From: Octopus vulgaris
Taxonomy: Eukaryota
Assembly: GCA_951406725.2 (NCBI GenBank)
Contig: OX597828.1
Coordinates: 51,584,001 to 51,648,000, forward strand
DNA length: 64,000 bases
Direction: 5' to 3'
The translations under genes and the position numbers were made by a program. The notes under the pieces were generated by a model. It was not told the DNA's origin. It did no database searches and saw only the letters and a program-made list of their open reading frames with translations. Of this stretch, positions 56,801 to 64,000 are shown piece after piece (position 1 is the first letter of the stretch; each line of letters opens with the position of its first letter).

Positions 56801-58406
56801 TGTTTCGAATTCTGTGTGCAGAATATATTTTCTTTCAATTTTCCCATAAATTTATGTTCCTCACATGCAAAGACACAACCAGATTTCCTTAATTAGGAGC
56901 AAAACTGACAGATTCATTATAAATCCAGATTTGATGACTCAGAATTTTTCTTTCAACTTTGCATTCTGTGCTCAAACCTCACCGAAGATAATTTCCTTTG
57001 TATCATTTCAAGATCAATAAAAATATAATCATTCATGGTGGTGGATTGACGAATATATTAGAACGTCGGATCCGATGCGCTGGTTATTTCTTCTCACCCT
57101 TTACCTACTGAGTTCAAATCCCACACTTAGGTTCAACACTTTATACCTTAGTCCACACGTAGTTGACACGCTGGAAACCTTTAGCAGACTACACTCTGAC
57201 GCAAGCAGCCACATCTTCTGTTTTAGGATACCACTCCTTCCCTCACCCTTCTCCCCTCTCCTCCATTCCCCTCTCCCCATCTCCTTCATTCCCCTCTCCC
57301 CATCTCTCTACCCCTCCAACCCCTCTCTCCTCCAGTAGTTCCAGATATATTTTGAAGTTTTATAGGCAATGTGTTACATTCCTGACTAAGATAAAACAAA
57401 ACGTCTACAAATTGGTATTTACAGACATGCTTAAAATTTAAATAGATTATTTCGGGACGCTACACACTACATCCCTAACGTGATTTACGTTGCAAGAAAT
57501 CCTTGGCACCATCTCTTTAATGACGCAGATACCATGGCACCTCATTGCCCCGCTTTTTACAATAGGCAGCAAGAAATCAAGGAAATAAGATTTAAGCAAT
57601 AAAATCTGTTTTGTCGGATTAAAAGTTGTCTGTTGATAACAAAGATCGCATTATTTATTTCAAGGATATTGTAAATGTACCCTCGTATTTCGATTGAATT
57701 TTGTTATTAATAAAGGCTCAATATGAAATCTGTTATAAGAATAGGACGAGATGAGATTCCATAATAGAAACAAGTATTGTTCTTGCTATCTAATATTATT
57801 TTGTGTTCTATAATGCTATATACATTCGTGTCTCCTTGTTGTAAATGCATGCTCAACCGACAATAAAACACCATACTAATGCTCGATGTAGCATTTTACG
57901 TTTCCAACTTACCTTAAAAAAATATATTTATTACATTGTTTGTCTGCAATACCGTCTCATGGTAACAAGCCTTTGGTTTCATGGTCATAATCTTGTTATG
58001 AATACTGGTGTTTGTGTAATATATTTTAACTATACATATATAGCTAGGTGTAATATAAGATGTGTTCTGCTTTGGAAGTTAAGTATAGAAATATCATTTC
58101 CACATGGCTATGTCACTTCAAAATGCACAAATCAGGCAAAGATGTCTTTCATGTGGTTTCAAACATGTTTTAGTAATGATTTCATGATCAACAATTTTTT
58201 TTTTGTCATCTTATTTTGATATAGTTTTAAATCTGTATTAGTTTGACTTTATTAGTTCGTATGTTTATGTATGTGCAAATATATATACACATACATACCC
58301 ACATACATACGTGTGCATAGGTGTGTATAAATTTATTTACGTATATGCATATATATATACATGTATTTCAATGTATGTATCTGTCTATATTTATGCATAC
58401 ACACGA

Positions 58407-58470
<64 letters not shown>

Positions 58471-58636
58471 TTATTGACAAAAATGGCAAGACAACAAAAG
58501 AATGAAAGAGACCTCGATATTATGTAAATAGAAGAATTTATTTGTAAATATATGTGACAATTATTCGGTATCCATGTTAAAACTCCGACAGCCGAAACTC
58601 GGAGTTTTATCCTGGCTAACGAATAATTATCCCATA

Positions 58637-58679
<43 letters not shown>

Positions 58680-59277
58680 GTATATATATATTAGGTATAG
58701 ATATATGTGTGTGTATATATATGTATACACACATATATTTGTGTGCGTATGTAGACATTCATATATACATTAGCATCACATATTGTGAGAAAAAGGTTGA
58801 GAAAGGAGAGATGAAGAGGTAATAAAGAAGGCAAAGAAGACCAATTTCGAAAATGAGCAAAATCAACAAAGCTGAGAAAACAGGGCATATTTGTAACTTG
58901 CGAATGTTGCCCAATGCGTAATTCCAGATTAATTGAAACAGGACAGTTGGAGATTGCTGAGCTGTGATCGTGTATCTATTCTGCAATAAACTTTTCATTT
59001 CGATTTCTGTATACGTCTGGTTGACTACATACTTTAAAGTATGAATATCTTTACGTTTTGAGCTGAATGGGGAGAATAAGCTCCCTCGTTCGAAAATATC
59101 AGGACGCAGATTGTGCGTCGATAAGCAGCTGAAGACGATGTTTCCCGGGACTAAATGACAGTAACATTCGTCCTAATAAGAACTGTCACATTATGCTGGC
59201 AGATAATCTTTACTTTAGAGTAATGTTACTGAATGTTTCTCGTTCAAAGATTTAGAAATAATACTATTTTCTGTTTC

Positions 59278-59645
59278 AGGTGTGGCTGTCTGGTAAGTAC
59301 CTTGCTTACCAACCTCATGTTTCTGGGTTCAATCCCCCTGCGAGGCACCTTGGGCAAGTGACGTCTACGATAGCCTCAGGCCAACCAAAGCCTTGTGAGT
59401 GGATTTGGTAGATGGAAACTGGCAGAAGCCCATCGTACATATATATGTTTATGTGTCTGTCCATCCATCATCATTTGACAACCGATGCTGGTGTGTTTAT
59501 GTCTCTGTAACTTAGCGGTTCGGCAAAATGTTACCGATAGAATAATTACTAGGCTTACAAACAATAAGTCCTGGGGTCGATTTCTTCAACTAAAGGCGGT
59601 GCTCCAGCATAGCCGCAGTGAAATGACTCAAACAAATAAAAGCGT
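59278..59645 (+). mobile_element. SINE family A (older copy)
   Basis: Collinear diverged match. Confidence 0.88.
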
Positions 59646-59696
59646 AAATAAATATATTTTATATCGACAGATAGATAGATAGAAAAAATATGCATA

Positions 59697-59867
59697 GGCG
59701 CAGGAGTGGCTGTGTGGTAAGTAGCTTGCTAACCAACCACATGGTTCTGGGTTCAGTCCCACTGCGTGGCATCTTGGGCAAGTGTCTTCTGCTATAGCCC
59801 CGGGCCGACCAATGCCTTGTGAGTGGATTTGGTAGACGGAAACTGAAAGAAGCCTGTCGTATATATG

Positions 59868-59898
<31 letters not shown>

Positions 59899-60116
59899 TT
59901 GTGTGTCTGTGTTTGTCCCCCTAGCATTTCTTGACAACCTATGCTAGTGTGTTTATGTCCCAGTCACTTAGCGGTTCGGCAAAAGAGACCGATAGAATAA
60001 GTACTGGGCTTACAAAGAATAGGTCCCGGGGTCGATTTGCTCGACTAAAGGCGGTGCTCCAGCATGGCCGCAGTCAAATGACTGAAACAAGTAAAAGAGT
60101 AAAAGAGTAAAGAGTA
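59697..60116 (+). mobile_element. SINE family A (young copy)
   Basis: Full-length; nearly identical to 1882-2290. Confidence 0.92.
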
Positions 60117-60260
60117 TATATATATATATCGTGAAGTATATTTGTCACCTAAATGTGGCTAACCCTTAAGGGTCGATGCTACTGTATCTTGTAGCCCCAT
60201 GAAGACATTTCTTCCAGCTGGCTATTGACTCACTATTTGTGCCCTATCAGTATTTATAAG

Positions 60261-60748
60261 ATATTCCTTAAATTTTAATATTTCTTGCGACATAAATAGT
60301 TTCCCTCAAGACGTTTATGTATGAAACGCATCAAATATCTGTTTTCTGTATTTGCAAAGGGAAGTCATCGTTCCTATTTCCAGCCTGACGCGATACACAC
60401 GGACCAGAGTTATTTGGGTATAGACCCGTCATCAGCGTGTGACAACCATGGCAATGGGAAATGGTTCTCAATGCAAATATATATATATATTTATATATAT
60501 ATATATATGTATATATATACTTTGTCCAGTGACGGAAAATCACTGAACCACTTCCCATCGCCAAACCGGTGGTTGCCACACGCTGATGACGGGTCTATAC
60601 CCAAATAACTCTGGTTCGTGTGTATCGCGTCAGGCTAGAAATAAGAACGATGTCTTCCCTTAGCAAACAGATATTTGATGAGTTTCATACGTAAAAGTCT
60701 TGAGGGAAGATATTTATGTCGCAAGAAATATGCAATTTTAAGGAATAT
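60261..60748. repeat. Inverted duplication of about 200 bp around a (TA)n spacer
   Basis: Arms ~60261-60473 and ~60541-60748; each contains a hammerhead-like fold. Confidence 0.9.
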
Positions 60749-61176
60749 GTTTACTCGTCCCCATCGAAAACTCTGTGAAAGAATTCGTTGTAGAAAGGGA
60801 AGTTCAATGCTAATATCAATTATTGATTATGTATTACTTTCATTATTTTATAGCACTCTTGGATACTTTTAAACATTCCTGAGGTAGTTTTGTATTTAAC
60901 ATCAAAACAGAGGCAAACTAATTTCATAAGCGATTGATATTAATGAATTAAGGATTGTAACATTTATGTGATACTCAGAGTATACCTGTACACACACACT
61001 CGCACACACACACGCACACACACACACACACAAACACAAACACACACACACATGTATGTATGTTTATATCCGATTAAGTGGAGTCCAGACAGGTTAATTT
61101 TTAAACGCTTATGATGTTGGTAAATGGAATAACTATAAAAATGAATCTTTTAAATATAACGAAATTCAATATTTAT

Positions 61177-61266
61177 ATGCACCTGAAGATTGCTCTACAC
61201 TTTAAAATTGATGTAATACTTGCGTTGTTTAATTAAATGGAGTTGCATGAAACGATCGTACTGCAT
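61177..61266 (+). ncRNA. Type-I hammerhead-like motif
   Basis: atgcac-CTGAAGA-ttgc...gcat-GAAAC-gatc-GTA-ctgcat; palindromic stem III acgatcgt; (TA)n about 30 nt downstream. Confidence 0.62.
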
Positions 61267-61300
61267 TACCTTTGGATATCCTTGTTGCTTATTTTGATTA

Positions 61301-61331
<31 letters not shown>

Positions 61332-61980
61332 CTGTGTGTGTGTGTGTGTGTGTGTATACACACACCTTGTGTTTGATTGCTTGTATGTGTGTCTATATAT
61401 CTGAGTGTGTGTGGATAATTAACGACTTATATAATTTGTACATCGATCAGATTCGATTTATAATAAACTGGTCAAGCTAGGATTTCCTCATTCTTTCTCT
61501 CTCTGTCACTCTCCTTTCCTATCTCCCTCTTTCTTTCCTCCTCTCTCTCACACTCTCTGTATCTCCCTCTCCCTATTTCTCCTCCTCTCTCTCTCTCTTT
61601 TGTCTTCAGCTCTCTGTTTGTCAGCTATGGTAAAATAGGAAAGTGAGAGATGTAGGAGGAGAGAGTGGTAGAGATGTGTTTTGATTAAAATATCGAAATA
61701 CACAAACTAATTATCATTAATGAACACCGAAATAATTAGCCGAGAACTGCACCCACAATTATTACTCTCCTACTTTTGTCGTCAGTAATCTCTATTCTTC
61801 ATCAATTAAGAGAAACACAGTTATGAGAAGTATTTCATGATGACGTACTTCTTAAGATGAGTAATAATTTGAACATCGCGAACATGTTTTTGCGATGCAT
61901 GTATTATGCGGGTGCAAATTTTAAAGAGAGCTGTATATATTGAGTAATGTCGAGAACTGTCCATGTATATTTACATATAT

Positions 61981-62382
61981 CTCTTTTACTTTTACTTGTT
62001 TCAGTCATTTGACTGTGGCCATGCTGGAGCACCACCTTTTTAGTCGAGCAAATCGACCCCAGGACTTATTCTTTGTAAGCCTAGTACTTATTCTATCGGT
62101 CTCTTTTGCCGAACCGCTTGGTTACGGGGACGTAAACACACCAGCATCGGTTGTCAAGCGATGTTGGCGGGGAACAAACACAGACACACAAACATATACA
62201 CAAACATATATATATATACATATTTACGACGGGCTTCTTTCAGTTTCCGTCTACCAAATCCACTCACAAGGCTTTGGTCGGCCCGAGGCTATAGTAGAAG
62301 ACGCTTGCCCAAGGTGCCACGCAGTGGTACTGAACCCGGAACCATGTGGTTCGTAAGCAAGCTACTTACCACACAGCCACTC
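61981..62382 (-). mobile_element. SINE family A
   Basis: Full-length reverse-complement match. Confidence 0.92.
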
Positions 62383-62895
62383 CCCAAACATATATTCTTA
62401 TAAGCACAATGCTACATTAGTAACCAATACTACTGCGATACCGCTAGGTCATTCTATGTCGATTAATGTGAGATAGGTAAATTCTTCGGCCCCTCCGTAT
62501 GTATCACTCACCGTGAGACGAAAACGTAAACGCGTAAGCTTATCTACACTGGTGAACCTAACGGTGACATTGATACCCTCCATACGCCATCAGTTATTTC
62601 ATTAACCCTCTGTGTCTGAGTTTCTATACATATTGATGACACTACAAGAGCTACAAGAATATAGGCCAGACTTAGTGAAACCCACCACATAAGCTGTGCC
62701 ACTTTTGGCACCGAATTTATTAATATATATTTAATTCGCCGCGTAATCCTATGTGCACCAAATCACGCGTGTGGCTATGATTATACCTTCGTCTATGTTT
62801 ATGCCCATATATATATAGACATACATACATATATATATATATACATATATATGTATATATGTATATGTATATATATATATGTATATGTATATATG

Positions 62896-62930
<35 letters not shown>

Positions 62931-62960
62931 ATATATATATGTGTGTATATTTATACATAC

Positions 62961-63028
<68 letters not shown>

Positions 63029-63057
63029 ATGTGTGTGTGTATGTGTGTGTGTGTGTG

Positions 63058-63175
63058 TTCCTTTCTGTAGAAGAGCGTAGGGTCGAAACGTAAAAGACTT
63101 TTCTATTCCTGAGCGTTGTACTAATACATCTGTTTGTTTTATACACCACCTGTCTTCTTTTTTTTCGTAAACTCT

Positions 63176-63180
<5 letters not shown>
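63058..63180 (+). mobile_element. Short cassette between (TG)n and (TA)n with a loop-less hammerhead-like motif
   Basis: cttt-CTGTAGA-agagcgtagggtc-GAAAC-GTA-aaag; homologous to ~25095-25225 (-) and 50131-50218 (-). Confidence 0.7.
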
Positions 63181-63227
<47 letters not shown>

Positions 63228-63231
<4 letters not shown>

Positions 63232-64000
63232 ACTGCCTAACGCAGCTCCTGCATCACTTTGAGGACATTTTGAGAGCTTTGGGAGAGGGCTCCAACACCG
63301 ATGTCATCTACCTTGATTTCAGTAAGGCCTTCGACAGGGTCGATCACAAGATCCTATTGAAAAAACTATCCAACATTGGTGTCTCTGGAAAGTTACTGAA
63401 ATGGATCAAGTGTTTCCTGACAGACAGATCTCAACATGTTGTAGTTGAAGGGGTAAAATCAAGCCCAGCCAAAATCAGTAGTGGCGTTCCGCAAGGCACT
63501 GTGCTGGGCCCACTTCTTTTCATCATTTACATTAATGATATTAATGACATCATCAAGCACAGCAACATAAAAATCTTTGCAGATGACTCCAAGCTACAGA
63601 AGGTCATAAATGAGGCGAGTGACCGGACGTGCCTTCAGTCAGATCTACTGGCTGTTATCCAATGGGCAGAAAAAAACAATATGCTGCTGAACGAGGATAA
63701 ATTTGAGCTAATCCACTTTGGAAAAGAGGATGCCCTGAAACACCCATACTCCCTTCCTTCAGGTGAAACTCTCGCGGCGTCCAACAACATCAGAGACTTG
63801 GGAGTAATTGTGGACAACAACATAAGCTGGGCCACTCATATAAACACCAAAGTTGACATGGCCCGCAGAATGTGTTCCTGGATTCTCAGAACTTTCCAGT
63901 CGAGAGATATCCACACCATTATCCTTCTCTTCTCCACTTTTGCCCGACCCCACCTTGAATACTGTTGTCCACTGTGGTCTCCCCACACAATACAAGGTAT
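63228..64000 (+). CDS. Partial LINE ORF2 reverse transcriptase, CR1-like clade; 5'-truncated at a (TA)n tract and open past the window end
   Basis: Manual translation from 63228 gives 257 codons with no stop: [89 protein letters not shown]. These are canonical non-LTR RT motifs. Confidence 0.93.

Overview
AT-rich eukaryotic non-coding DNA packed with microsatellites and transposable elements. I found no credible host exon, and nearly all supplied ORFs are translations of microsatellites or SINEs. The SINE families and (TA)n/(CA)n density look like an octopus/cephalopod genome (inference from recognition, not a search). The window holds four tRNA-derived SINE families (labelled A-D here), decayed Tc1/mariner transposases and MITEs, CR1- and RTE-type LINE fragments, and a probable decayed Penelope-like element. 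One stop-free CR1 reverse-transcriptase frame (63228-64000) is missed by the ORF track. The most interesting signal is about ten type-I hammerhead-ribozyme-like motifs from several unrelated sequence families (CTGANGA ... GAAAC-palindrome-GTH, usually closed by a stem I). They sit mostly in short non-coding cassettes inserted into (TA)n tracts, often the tract inside SINE A. Several lie in or next to fold-back duplications, which is consistent with non-autonomous Penelope/retrozyme-like elements. A second signal is that SINE B repeatedly joins its tail to fixed internal sites of other SINE B copies. All alignments were done by eye, so boundaries are approximate.
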